NCBI GenBank assembly: GCA_040830765.1
Contig: JBFOMH010000005.1
Coordinates: 375,780-439,779 of the forward strand
Source: Puniceicoccaceae bacterium
GTDB lineage: Bacteria; Verrucomicrobiota; Verrucomicrobiia; Opitutales; Oceanipulchritudinaceae
DNA length: 64,000 nt
Direction of reading: 5' to 3'
Shown here: piece after piece, positions 1 through 9,337 of the stretch
Layout: every line of letters starts with the position of its first letter
Numbering within the stretch: the first letter of the stretch is position 1
Program-made: the position numbers and the translations under genes
The notes under the pieces: model-generated
Told to the model about the DNA's origin: nothing
Databases searched by the model: none
What the model saw: only the letters and a program-made list of their open reading frames with translations

Positions 1-2
1 AG

Positions 3-1361
3 GCGCTTCTCCACGCCTCCGTCTTCCATTGCATGGACAGCCGCATGAACATGGAATTTGCCCGTGCCAGCAAATACGAGAGTTCCGGTTGCTGGACCTG
101 GCAGCTCAATGCCTCCTGGCCCTCCTTCCACCGCGAACACGTTGACTGGTACGGCGCCCCAAAGCCGGTCTACTACTGGTACAAGAATGCCTGCAAGCCG
201 GTCATCACCCTCGCTGATTTCGAGCGTTTTGTCTATCATCCGGGCGAACCGCTCAATCCGGAGATCATCGCCGTCAACGATACGCACAGACCTGTTGCAA
301 CGGTTGTCGAAATGAAGGTTTACTCCCTCGACGGATCCTTGCTTCATGAAGCAACTCAGTCAGTGACCATACCTGCCGATGACCGCACCTCCCTGGGTCA
401 GATGGATTACACCATTCCGGTGAATCTCACACGCAAAGCCCTTTACCTCTCGCTTACCACCAGCGTGGACGGGGCAGTCGTCCACCGGAACACTTACTAC
501 ATCGCAATCTCCCCCGACACCGTGCAGGCAACTGCAATCGAACTGGGAACCGACATGACTCTGCACTACATGGGCAAGACGGAAAAAGTCAGTGCTCCTC
601 ATTACTATACCTTGATGGAAATAGTCGATGAACCAACGGAGCACGACAAGGAGCAGAAGCAGGCTTCCGCCAGTGAACTGGATGCTGTCTACAGCACGCG
701 TTTTGCTGTACCGGACCACCTCTCCGGTAAGGACTTGGAAATCTTCCTGCCCGGCCCATCTGCGGATGACGTGGTCAAGTTGAACGGGACGGTCATCGGC
801 GAAGGTCTCATTGACCTCGAAAATGAATGGAACTACGAGGCCGATCCGCTGCGTTGGCCAAATCTTCCCAACCGGCACTACCCGATCCCGACTTCCCTCC
901 TCAAGGCCGAAGACAACGTTTTGGAGATCCAGCTCAGCGGCCAGCGCATTGCCTCCCGGACAGACAAGCGCTTCGGGCTCACCCGCATGTTCTACTTACG
1001 CGAAGCGACACCTGTCGACCAGCAGACAGAGCTCGCCGAATACAACCAGCAAATGGAATTCTTCAGGCCCATTGTCGAGGGACCCCGGGCACACCTGGGA
1101 GCGGAAGTCCTGGCAGATGCCTCCGGCGATGGCATATCCCTCCGGATCACCAATTCAGGCCCCGCCAGTGCCGCCTTCCTTACCCTGGACCTGACCAACG
1201 AGGGGGCAACCCGCTTCACCTTTGATGAAGGAGCACCCGCTGCCCTGCATCCAGATGAAAGTATTGAGGTGTCCCTGGACGTCGAAGGCGAGCTATCTCC
1301 CAATGCCGCCCTGGCCATTCGCTGCCTCAATGCGGATGCTTTGAATGTTCCAATTCCCTAA
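3..1361 (+). CDS. Glycoside hydrolase family 2 (beta-mannosidase-like), C-terminal part; 5' end lies outside the window
   Basis: Frame is open from base 3. The motif SSGCWTWQLNASWP...VDWYGAPKPVYY resembles the GH2 beta-mannosidase GxxxWQLNDxWP...DYxGxxK region. Ig-like and jelly-roll-like beta domains follow. Confidence 0.7.
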   Translation, partial: ALLHASVFHCMDSRMNMEFARASKYESSGCWTWQLNASWPSFHREHVDWYGAPKPVYYWYKNACKPVITLADFERFVYHPGEPLNPEIIAVNDTHRPVATVVEMKVYSLDGSLLHEATQSVTIPADDRTSLGQMDYTIPVNLTRKALYLSLTTSVDGAVVHRNTYYIAISPDTVQATAIELGTDMTLHYMGKTEKVSAPHYYTLMEIVDEPTEHDKEQKQASASELDAVYSTRFAVPDHLSGKDLEIFLPGPSADDVVKLNGTVIGEGLIDLENEWNYEADPLRWPNLPNRHYPIPTSLLKAEDNVLEIQLSGQRIASRTDKRFGLTRMFYLREATPVDQQTELAEYNQQMEFFRPIVEGPRAHLGAEVLADASGDGISLRITNSGPASAAFLTLDLTNEGATRFTFDEGAPAALHPDESIEVSLDVEGELSPNAALAIRCLNADALNVPIP

Positions 1362-1432
1362 AAAGCGCCGGACCTGCTTGCGCCATCGAAAACTTATACT
1401 ATCTATTAGAATAATTAAACAAGATTGCCATT

Positions 1433-1825
1433 ATGAAACTATTAAAACTCACATTCGCTGTTATTGGACTCGCCATCTTCACCTCATCCGCCGTCGCCGG
1501 AGACTATCCGGACTTGTCGGTTGATGAGCTCCACCAGGCCATTGAGGCCAATGAAGTGGTCGTCCTTGATGCCAACGGTTCCAAGCGCTACGCCAGTGGA
1601 CACATTCCGGGTGCGATTGACTTCGCCTCCACCAAGGATTTGTCGTCTGTCCTGCCGGAGGACAAGGGAACCCTCATTGTCGCCTACTGTGGCGGCCCGC
1701 GCTGCTCCGCCTTCAAGAAGGCTGCCAAGGCAGCCGAGAAACTGGGCTACACCAACGTCAAGCACCTCTCCGCCGGAATCAGTGGCTGGAAGGATGCCGG
1801 TAAGCCAGTGGAAAAGGTGAACTAA
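1433..1825 (+). CDS. Rhodanese-like domain protein with signal peptide
   Basis: N-terminal signal peptide (MKLLK...AVA), then LDAN...YASGHIPGAI, the active-site loop YCGGPRC and LSAGISGWKDAG. Confidence 0.9.
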   Translation: MKLLKLTFAVIGLAIFTSSAVAGDYPDLSVDELHQAIEANEVVVLDANGSKRYASGHIPGAIDFASTKDLSSVLPEDKGTLIVAYCGGPRCSAFKKAAKAAEKLGYTNVKHLSAGISGWKDAGKPVEKVN

Positions 1826-1848
1826 GCCACTGCATTATAGAATTGCCA

Positions 1849-1883
1849 GGCCCGCCTCCCTGAAAATGGGTGGCGGGCTTTTT
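1849..1883 (+). terminator. Rho-independent terminator
   Basis: GGCCCGCC-TCCC/TGAAAAT/GGGT-GGCGGGCT stem-loop followed by a T run, 24 bp after the rhodanese stop. Confidence 0.8.
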
Positions 1884-1942
1884 CATACCTGTAGACCCCA
1901 AATTAATTGATCCGGGATCAATTCCGGCTATCGTGTGTTGAG

Positions 1943-2419
1943 GTGAAAGAATTCAAACCAGTCCCGGATATTGCCAGCTTGGACACAATGCTCTCCTCGG
2001 TGTCGTTCCTTGGTGGTATCACGGGCGAGCAAAGGAAGTGTGTCTATGACTATCTAGAATGCGCTTCCTACCGGAAAGGCGAATACATCACCCAGCACGG
2101 GGAGGAGCCCTCCCACATCTACATCATCAAGAGCGGGTCCGTGGATCTCATTATCGAGGATGAGGAGGTCACTGTCGTCAAGCGGACCTTCAGGGAAGGT
2201 GACTTCTTTGGCGAAGCGGCTATGCTCTCGCTGATCAACAACACGGCATCCTTCCGGGCCGCCGAGGAAAGCGAGATAATCGTCTTTTCCAGAAAGGCCT
2301 TCAACCGCCTGCGCAAGGAAGACCCCAATGTCTTCTCCCACCTCATTCTCAACCTGGCCCGTGAATTGGCCCGCAAGCTCCAGTTTTCGGATGAGATCCT
2401 GCTGCACCCGAAGCGCTGA
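1943..2419 (+). CDS. Cyclic nucleotide-binding (cNMP) domain protein, stand-alone
   Basis: YRKGEYITQHGE...YIIKSGSV...EGDFFGEAAML...ASFRA cNMP-binding signature, with no HTH after it. The start is uncertain: GTG 1943 preferred over TTG 1907. Confidence 0.85.
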   Translation: MKEFKPVPDIASLDTMLSSVSFLGGITGEQRKCVYDYLECASYRKGEYITQHGEEPSHIYIIKSGSVDLIIEDEEVTVVKRTFREGDFFGEAAMLSLINNTASFRAAEESEIIVFSRKAFNRLRKEDPNVFSHLILNLARELARKLQFSDEILLHPKR

Positions 2420-2466
2420 TCGGGGAAAGGATTCGAGGCTAATCGATCGCGTTTGCTTCCGAGCCT

Positions 2467-3207
2467 CTAGCCGCTCTTCTGGTCGTGCTCGACCTGCTCC
2501 AGGCTGGCTTCCCATTCCTGCAATTGCTGGGCCTTGTCGAAGAGGACGTTCTCGCTTTGTTCGATGAACGCCTCGCGCTCACGCAGGAAGGCCACCTGCT
2601 CCTCCAGGGAAAGATCCGTAACGGCTTCATAGCCATCATCATCCTGCCCATCGGATTGGGCCGCGGCTTCCTTCAATTGCTCGATCTCAGCCCGGAGACT
2701 GGCAATCAGTTCCTCTTTCTCTGCCATCAACTGGCGGGCCTCCTGCAACTCCTGTTGGACAACGATAGGGGGCTGTGGCTTGTCCAGACCAAGGTGATGG
2801 GAAACATTTTCGGCCAACCGGGAGTTGATTTCAGTTTCCCGCTGGTCGAGTTGCTTTTCCCGGGTCTCAAGAAGGACTTCCAGTTCCCGTGCTGCCCGGA
2901 TCCGCTCTAGGGATTCTTCCTTGAGCCGGGCAATCTTGTCCGTTTCAGCAATGATTTCCGCCTCACCGGGTTCTTCCCCCATGAAGCAGTCAATCTGTGT
3001 CGGATCGGCATCCTCAACAGCATTGACCTTTGTCGGGTCAGTCCGCTTCAGAATGGTGTCGATTGATGGTCGGGGTAAACTGATCCGCTTCCGTTTCTTG
3101 CGCTGTTCGAGTCCTTTGCGCGGATCCGGAAAGGTCCGGGGGTCCGGAAATTTCCTTGGATCGGGAAAGTTTACCACTTCGGGAATCTGCTCTGGAGCCG
3201 CACTCAT
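2467..3207 (-). CDS. Hypothetical coiled-coil protein with basic, repeat-containing N-terminus
   Basis: 246-aa ORF with GGAGG upstream and heptad-rich E/Q/K/L stretches. Third gene of a co-oriented operon with the ParA ATPase. Confidence 0.75.
   Translation of the reverse strand: MSAAPEQIPEVVNFPDPRKFPDPRTFPDPRKGLEQRKKRKRISLPRPSIDTILKRTDPTKVNAVEDADPTQIDCFMGEEPGEAEIIAETDKIARLKEESLERIRAARELEVLLETREKQLDQRETEINSRLAENVSHHLGLDKPQPPIVVQQELQEARQLMAEKEELIASLRAEIEQLKEAAAQSDGQDDDGYEAVTDLSLEEQVAFLREREAFIEQSENVLFDKAQQLQEWEASLEQVEHDQKSG
3115..3168 (-). repeat. In-frame 18-bp x3 repeat encoding FPDPRK-FPDPRT-FPDPRK
   Basis: Residues 14-31 of the 246-aa ORF. Codons differ between copies while the peptide is nearly conserved. 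Confidence 0.85.
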
Positions 3208-3226
3208 CTCGATGCCTCCCGGTTGA

Positions 3227-4183
3227 TTAGTTCAAAAAGCTGCCCATGAAACCCTTGAAACGGGGCTTGCCGGGCAGGGCCGCCAGGGCAACAGCAAGGG
3301 CCAAGGCTTCCAGTTCCGGGTCGTCAAGGGAAACAAAAAAGCGCACACTGGAATTGAGGCCGGATTCAATGGCTGCCCGCAGTTCCTGGGCCTGGTCCGG
3401 CATCTGCTCAAATCCCTTCAGCACCTTTTCCTTGACCTGGTTGATGAGTGAAAGCGCTCCCGCCTTTGGCAAAACGTAACTGTCTCCCCATGCCTCCTTG
3501 TTACACTTGACGTTGAAAGCGTAAATGAGGGTGGCGGCCTGCTGATCCGTCAGCTTGCTGGCCATGTGTCCAATCGCCTCGGCAAGGAAAATCCCCTTCG
3601 AGCCGTCCCGGATTGGCAGAAGCTTGCTCAGGGCGACCTGGTCGAAGTTGTTATAGGCCCGCATGAGCTCCCGGTATTCCTCATTGAGAGTGGTCGCGGT
3701 CTTGCTCTTTTCAAGGAAGGCAATCAGTTCGCTGATGGTGTTGTGCTTTCCCTGGCGGCAGGAATCGAGGGTTTCCCGTGAGAATGTCATCAACTCGACC
3801 GGCATATCGACCGGTACTTCCAACAGCTCCAAGGGAGTCTTCGGTTTCTGAACCTCATCGCTGTAGTCATCGAACAACTGGACCATCTCCGCGTAGGGAT
3901 CATCAAACTGCTTGGTCTCCAAGAGGATGTTATAGAGCAACGGCAAACGACTGTCCTTGCCATAGAATTCCGGAAGCTGCTTCAAGGCTTCGAGGGAATA
4001 GTCAAGATAGCGTGCCGGAGTTTCTTCCTCACCCCGGATTGGCCACTTGCGGTCAAGGTTCTTGGCCAGGGTGCAGAGATTGATATCTGCCATTTCGCTG
4101 TCCTTGAGACTTTCGCGCAAGGCGTCCCATTCCTCGGCGGTGAAGGTTAACTGAACTGGGTATGCTGTGTTTTGCTGCTTCAT
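3227..4183 (-). CDS. Hypothetical protein with RNA polymerase alphaCTD-like segments and a C-terminal amphipathic helix
   Basis: 318-aa ORF 4 bp downstream of the ParA gene. DMPVELMTFSRETLDSCRQGKHNTISELIAF and YSLEALKQLPEFYGK resemble alphaCTD/HhH motifs. Ends RFKGFMGSFLN. Confidence 0.65.
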   Translation of the reverse strand: MKQQNTAYPVQLTFTAEEWDALRESLKDSEMADINLCTLAKNLDRKWPIRGEEETPARYLDYSLEALKQLPEFYGKDSRLPLLYNILLETKQFDDPYAEMVQLFDDYSDEVQKPKTPLELLEVPVDMPVELMTFSRETLDSCRQGKHNTISELIAFLEKSKTATTLNEEYRELMRAYNNFDQVALSKLLPIRDGSKGIFLAEAIGHMASKLTDQQAATLIYAFNVKCNKEAWGDSYVLPKAGALSLINQVKEKVLKGFEQMPDQAQELRAAIESGLNSSVRFFVSLDDPELEALALAVALAALPGKPRFKGFMGSFLN

Positions 4184-4187
4184 GTTT

Positions 4188-5114
4188 TTAAACGGTTTCG
4201 GCCATTTGAAGGTTGTCGACTGTCGCGATGTTGTTCGGATCGAGGGCCTCGAGTTCGTTCGTGACGCCCTCGTAGTCCTCCATCACATCCTCGGTACCAA
4301 TGGCATTGCCGATGCAATTGACCGGCAGACCAAGCGTAACGGCACGACGCACGACAATGGCATCGCGGACCATTGTGCCGAATATACGGGTCTTGGGGGA
4401 AATCTTCTTCTGGTTTTTGAATTGATTGATCCGGAACTGCATCCGCATCTTCGGTACTTCGACATCCGTACCGCCCTTGACGGCATTGAAAATGACTCCG
4501 TTGATTGTCGCCGGTTGGCCCATTCCAGGGGTGCGGTAGCGGGCGGAACGATCATTGAACTGCAAAAGCTTGCCGGTCAGGAGAGTCAATCCGATCAAGC
4601 TCAGGGCATCCGGGTTGGCCGGGACAATCACCTCGTTGGCACAGAAGAGGCCACACTGGGAAGCTCGCAAGACATTCGGTGGGCAGTCAAAAAGGATATA
4701 GTCGTAGTTGGGCTCGATGGCCTGGAGGGTCTGCCAGAAACGGACAAAAACCGGTTCGTCGGCCGGCGGCTCATACTCGTGTTCGATATCGATAAGATCG
4801 AAGGTCGTCGGAACCAAATCCAGTCCCGGGAGAATCTTTCGTCCTTCGCGGTCCTCAACCACGTCACGAACCACGATATCTTTCAACTGCTGATCCCCTG
4901 GATTAAATAAACTGTAAACGGAATCCCTTTTGGACCCGTGCAGCTTGTTCCAACGGTCGATGCGCAGGAGCCAGATGCTGACGTTTGACTGGGCGTCGAG
5001 GTCAACCAAGAGGACCCGTTTGCCGCGTTTTGCGAGGCAGGCAGCCATGTTGACGAGGCAACTGGTCTTTCCTACCCCTCCCTTATAGTTGATGAATGCT
5101 ATTTTTCTTGCCAT
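4188..5114 (-). CDS. ParA/Soj-family ATPase
   Basis: Deviant Walker A INYKGGVGKTS, LLVDLDAQSN and Walker B YDYILFDCPP. ATG 5114 chosen as start. No parB nearby. Confidence 0.92.
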   Translation of the reverse strand: MARKIAFINYKGGVGKTSCLVNMAACLAKRGKRVLLVDLDAQSNVSIWLLRIDRWNKLHGSKRDSVYSLFNPGDQQLKDIVVRDVVEDREGRKILPGLDLVPTTFDLIDIEHEYEPPADEPVFVRFWQTLQAIEPNYDYILFDCPPNVLRASQCGLFCANEVIVPANPDALSLIGLTLLTGKLLQFNDRSARYRTPGMGQPATINGVIFNAVKGGTDVEVPKMRMQFRINQFKNQKKISPKTRIFGTMVRDAIVVRRAVTLGLPVNCIGNAIGTEDVMEDYEGVTNELEALDPNNIATVDNLQMAETV

Positions 5115-5395
5115 TGCTACTTCTTTCAAGGCCCAGTTAAGCTCAGTTCAGCCCCTTAGACATGCGTCTTTTGCCGCTTTCCGAATAGTTTAAAATTTTT
5201 TGACAAAGGGCGGTTTTCGAGGAATCGGCAGAATTTACCAAATCCGGTGAATAAATCCCTTCCTGTGGTCGTTCAACGGGTATGAAGCGCCCAGCAACCA
5301 CTATCGGAACAATTGACTCCAACCCTTGTCTTGGTATATTGGAATTAGACCCGGAAACTGAACGGTTAACGGGTCCAAGCCGAAAGGAACACCTC

Positions 5396-6961
5396 ATGAA
5401 ACTACTCACCCGAAGCCTGCTTACCCCTCTCCTCCTCTCCATGGTCGCCTGTGTCCAGGTCACAAAGGAAGTGACGGCTATCCCCGCCGAACAGGTTCCG
5501 GCACAGGAAACGGTCCAGGATGAGGCGACTTTCAGCCAGGCCGCTCTCGACCAGATGCTGGCCCCGATTGCCCTTTATCCCGACGTCCTCCTGTCCCAGG
5601 TATTGATTGCCTCCACCTATCCCCTTGAGATCGTCGAGGCTTCCCGCTGGTCCCGTGCCAACCCGGATCTGGAAGGGGACGATGCCGTTGCCGCCGTTGA
5701 CGAAATGGATTGGGATCCCAGCATTAAGGCCTTGGTCGCTTTCCCCGAACTGCTCCAACTGATGGACGAGAATCTGACCTGGACCCGTCGCCTCGGAGAT
5801 GCCTTCCTGCTTCAGGAGGCCCAAATGATGGATACCATCCAGAATCTCCGTCAGGTCGCCCTTGATGAGGGCTCGCTGGAGGAACTAGAACATGTCGTTG
5901 TCTCCCAGCAGGAGGAAGTGATCTACATTGAGCCGAGAAGTACCCGAATCGTTTATGTTCCTTATTACGACACCCGCTATGTCTATGGCAGCTGGTGGTG
6001 GTATGATTACCCGCCGGTCTGCTGGTATACACGGCCAGTCCCCTATCATAGTGGCGTCAGTATAGGATTCCACTGGACCAGCGGCATCCACTTTTCATCC
6101 AGTTTCTTCTACAGCGACTGCTACTGGCCAAGTCGGAGGGTGGTCGTGGTCAAGCATCACCACAAGCACCATCGGCCGCACTACAAGGATGGCCGCCGGG
6201 ATTACCATCGCTACCGGGAAGCCCCTACCTGGCGCCACAATCCCTACCACCGCCGTGGGGTTCGCTACCCCAGCGAGGAGTTGCATCGTCGTCATGACCG
6301 CCACAGCGCCTCCGGCATCACCCGTCACCGGGTCCCGGATCGGGATTCCCGCATGGATCACCGGATCAGCCGCCATCCTGACCAACGGCCCATTCCTTCC
6401 GAAACACCGGTTCAGCTAACCCGCCGCAGTCGGGAGGCGGAACAACCCGGACCCGTTGTCAGCAGCCGCGGTACCCGGCAGCAGGATATCTCCAGCCGGC
6501 CCAAGCCGAACGCTTCAGCACCAGCTATTTCACGCTCTGAACGAGCCAACCGCCTGGCCCGCAGCAGCGAGGCCCGCCGGACTGTCCGGACCAGCCAGAT
6601 TGCGCGGAACAATCGAGTTACCCAGCCGAAACCGGTCGAACGTTCGTCGAATCGGGTTGCTTCTTCAAGGAAGCCTGAGGCCAGCCAACGAAGCACCATC
6701 GCCAGGACTCAATCAAAGCCAAAACCGAAAGGTAACTCCCAATCGGCCCGCCAGTCGGGTTCCTCCACCAACCGGAGCAGCTCAACCAAGTCCAGCGACT
6801 CGGGCAACAAAACCACCTACGCGAATAATAACAACAACAGCTACAGTGGATCCTCAAACTCCTCCTGGAAGAGTAATAATAAGTCTTACGCTTCGAACCG
6901 TCCGTCGCGCCAGCATAGGGCTGACGGCATCCGCAAGGCAATCCGGCCCCATCAGCCGTAG
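5396..6961 (+). CDS. DUF3300-domain lipoprotein with long disordered His/Arg/Ser-rich tail
   Basis: RBS AAAGGA before ATG 5396 and lipobox-like MVAC. LDQMLAPIALYPDVLLSQVLIASTYPLEIVEA and WDPSIKALVAFPELL are typical of DUF3300. Confidence 0.85.
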   Translation: MKLLTRSLLTPLLLSMVACVQVTKEVTAIPAEQVPAQETVQDEATFSQAALDQMLAPIALYPDVLLSQVLIASTYPLEIVEASRWSRANPDLEGDDAVAAVDEMDWDPSIKALVAFPELLQLMDENLTWTRRLGDAFLLQEAQMMDTIQNLRQVALDEGSLEELEHVVVSQQEEVIYIEPRSTRIVYVPYYDTRYVYGSWWWYDYPPVCWYTRPVPYHSGVSIGFHWTSGIHFSSSFFYSDCYWPSRRVVVVKHHHKHHRPHYKDGRRDYHRYREAPTWRHNPYHRRGVRYPSEELHRRHDRHSASGITRHRVPDRDSRMDHRISRHPDQRPIPSETPVQLTRRSREAEQPGPVVSSRGTRQQDISSRPKPNASAPAISRSERANRLARSSEARRTVRTSQIARNNRVTQPKPVERSSNRVASSRKPEASQRSTIARTQSKPKPKGNSQSARQSGSSTNRSSSTKSSDSGNKTTYANNNNNSYSGSSNSSWKSNNKSYASNRPSRQHRADGIRKAIRPHQP

Positions 6962-7051
6962 GCCCTGCCAGTGCTCTTCAGGCCAGTGACACCGGGAAAG
7001 CCTTCAGATTCGGTATTGTACTGCTGAACCGGACCCGCCATAACGGCTGGT

Positions 7052-7888
7052 GTGAGTGCCGAGACTGACCAGGAACGATGCCGCAATTGCGGCACAGAGT
7101 TGCAAGGTGATTTTTGTCACCAATGTGGCCAGTCCTCCAAGGTCATCCGGCGGCCAACCCGTGAGGTCCTCGACGATGCCCTGGGTAATGTATTCCACTG
7201 GGATTCCCGCCTCTTCAGGACGCTTCGGCTTCTCTTTTTCCATCCGGGTCGCCTCTCGGCGGAATGGGTCGAGGGCCGCCGGATGCGGTATGTTCCTCCG
7301 TTCAGGCTCTACATCATCGCCAGCTTTGTGCTTTTTTTGCTCGTCGGCCTATCAACCAGACAAAGCAGTGACGACTTTCAGGCCTTTTCCGCAAGCGACA
7401 ACGCCATCAAATCCCTGCAAGCCAGCATCGACAAGGCGAAGGAAGCCGGTGATTGGCTGGAAGGAATTATTCTCCAGGCAACCCTGCAGGCGATTCAAGA
7501 CCCGGCGGCCTACTTCAGGAAAATCACCTCAAACCTGCCCAAGGCCGCCTTTGTTTTCCTTCCGCTCTTCGCGCTGCTGCACAGGCTGGCAAACTTGCGC
7601 CAGAAACGGTTCTATATCGACTACCTGGTCTTTTCCCTCAACTTCCACGCCTTCAGTTTTTTACTGATCGCGATTGTCCTCCTCGCGGGATTGCTCTCCT
7701 CATTCGTGGGCGAATTTCTGGAGCTGTTCTACCCGCTGATCCTCGTCTATGGGATTATCGCCTTCCGCAACTTCAGCCAGCAGGGCTGGGGAAAAAGCAT
7801 CCTCAAGGGATTCCTCGTCTTCGGGGCCTACGCCACTGTACTCAGTTTCGGCATCGCCTTTTACCTGGCTGCGGTTCTCTTCCTGTAG
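7052..7888 (+). CDS. DUF3667-domain membrane protein with N-terminal zinc ribbon
   Basis: CRNCG...FCHQCGQ, then DSRLFRTLRLLFFHPGRLSAEWVEGRRMRYVPPFRLY, and several hydrophobic segments. Confidence 0.88.
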   Translation: MSAETDQERCRNCGTELQGDFCHQCGQSSKVIRRPTREVLDDALGNVFHWDSRLFRTLRLLFFHPGRLSAEWVEGRRMRYVPPFRLYIIASFVLFLLVGLSTRQSSDDFQAFSASDNAIKSLQASIDKAKEAGDWLEGIILQATLQAIQDPAAYFRKITSNLPKAAFVFLPLFALLHRLANLRQKRFYIDYLVFSLNFHAFSFLLIAIVLLAGLLSSFVGEFLELFYPLILVYGIIAFRNFSQQGWGKSILKGFLVFGAYATVLSFGIAFYLAAVLFL

Positions 7889-8260
7889 GATGGAGAGGAC
7901 CTTATCTTTCTCATCTGCATAAGTGACCCGGTCATGCGCATCGATGCGGAAGTAGCCATCCTTGATCAAGTAGTCGATCATCTGGTCAACCTCGGTGTCT
8001 CGAATACCACCGCTACCATGGAACATCGACCGGATTGACCGAAAGACCTCCTGACGGTTTTCCGGCCGCAATTGATTCAGGCAATTGCGGATGTAGCCCT
8101 GCTTGCGATGGACCGCCATCACCGGCCGGTTGGCTGGCTTTTTTTCCTCCGATTCATCCACTCCGGATTTCGGACCCATGACCTGGGTCAAGGCTGCATA
8201 TTGGGCAGCCGTCATTTCGATGATTACTGAACCGGTGGAAGTTGAACCTATCTTACGCAT
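7700..8260 (-). CDS. Hypothetical protein with small winged-helix-like domain; 3' end overlaps the DUF3667 gene
   Basis: Fills the otherwise empty 7890-8260 gap. RPENRQEVFRSIRSMF...EVDQMIDYLIKDGYFRID..DRVTY reads as a compact helical domain. The last ~63 codons are antisense to DUF3667. Confidence 0.55.
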   Translation of the reverse strand: MRKIGSTSTGSVIIEMTAAQYAALTQVMGPKSGVDESEEKKPANRPVMAVHRKQGYIRNCLNQLRPENRQEVFRSIRSMFHGSGGIRDTEVDQMIDYLIKDGYFRIDAHDRVTYADEKDKVLSILQEENRSQVKGDAETEYSGVGPEDEESLEDAFSPALLAEVAEGDNPIDEDQRVEQLQKFAHE

Positions 8261-8415
8261 CTGGTTGTTATCCAACAATCGTTTCCATCCAGGGAAAAGG
8301 GGAAGCGATGAGATGCGGTATTTATCATTAAATTTTTACCAGAAGCGCGCCTTCTATCGCCCACTAAACAATCCGCCTTCTTGAAAATTCCCTCAATTCC
8401 ATTACCCCTGTTTCT

Positions 8416-9318
8416 ATGATGAAGAAATTCCTCCTTATGAGCATCCTTGCGGCAACAACCGCCGGCCTTTGGGCTGGTCCTGACTCCAGGGAGGGAACGG
8501 GTCGGCCGCCTGGTAGCGGATGGACCGCAGACCTGAGTACCTTTCACTCGGGCAGTGCTGACCTCGATTCGGGAGGAGACTTCACTATTGCCTCCGTTCG
8601 CTTCAAGACGGGCTACAGCTGGACCTCCAGCACACAAAGCCGTTCCTCGGTTGAACTCTATTTTGACTGGCGGGACTATAACTTCGATGGCCTCTTCGAC
8701 CCATGGAGTACTGTTTTCGAGACCGGCCTCTCCTACTCCTACAATCATGATTTCGGCAACGACTGGAGCCTCATGCTGACCCCTTCGATCCGGATATCCA
8801 TGGAGGATGGGGCGGATCTGAGCGACTCCCTCCAGGCCGGCGGTATCTTTGCTTTCACGAGGGAGATTTCACCGGCTCTTCGCCTTGGTATCGGGGCAGG
8901 CGTATTTACCGGACTGGAGGACACCAGCGCTTTTCCGTTTCTTCTCATTCGCTGGCAGATCGATGAGCATTGGTACGTCGGCAATCCATTCGCCCCGGGT
9001 CCGGTTGGTCCGGCCGGACTGGAACTGGGCTACCGATACAACAACCAGTGGAGTTTCGCCATCGGAGGAGCCTACCGCTCCGACCGCTTTGCCCTCAGAG
9101 ATGACGGCTTATGGGCGAACGGATACGGCGAAGTGGAAGGTACGCCAGTCTTCCTGCGAGCCTCCTACAACACCGGCTCCGGTAGTCGCGTTCACCTCTA
9201 TCTCGGTACTATCCTGTCCGGTGAACTGCAAATCGATGATTCCAGGGGCCGCAAGTGGTTGAAAACCGATTATGATCCCAGTCTGCTCCTGGCTCTTGCC
9301 TGGCAAGGCAGGTTTTGA
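8416..9318 (+). CDS. Outer-membrane beta-barrel protein (DUF6268-like)
   Basis: Signal peptide, alternating aromatic/Gly beta-strands and a terminal Phe (LALAWQGRF). Confidence 0.8.
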   Translation: MMKKFLLMSILAATTAGLWAGPDSREGTGRPPGSGWTADLSTFHSGSADLDSGGDFTIASVRFKTGYSWTSSTQSRSSVELYFDWRDYNFDGLFDPWSTVFETGLSYSYNHDFGNDWSLMLTPSIRISMEDGADLSDSLQAGGIFAFTREISPALRLGIGAGVFTGLEDTSAFPFLLIRWQIDEHWYVGNPFAPGPVGPAGLELGYRYNNQWSFAIGGAYRSDRFALRDDGLWANGYGEVEGTPVFLRASYNTGSGSRVHLYLGTILSGELQIDDSRGRKWLKTDYDPSLLLALAWQGRF

Positions 9319-9337
9319 CGAAAGCTTCTCTAATAAT

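Noticed and set aside
4167..4910. 247-aa plus-strand ORF
   Set aside because: Antisense shadow of the ParA gene.
4188..5114. Plasmid or prophage partition locus
   Set aside because: No parB, rep, integrase or phage genes, and no parS-like palindrome noticed; flanking genes are chromosomal in character.
8416..9318. Outer-membrane barrel as the dedicated transporter (TpsB or autotransporter) for the giant proteins
   Set aside because: Only 300 aa with no POTRA domains, and separated from the operon by its own AT-rich promoter-like spacer. A link cannot be supported from sequence.
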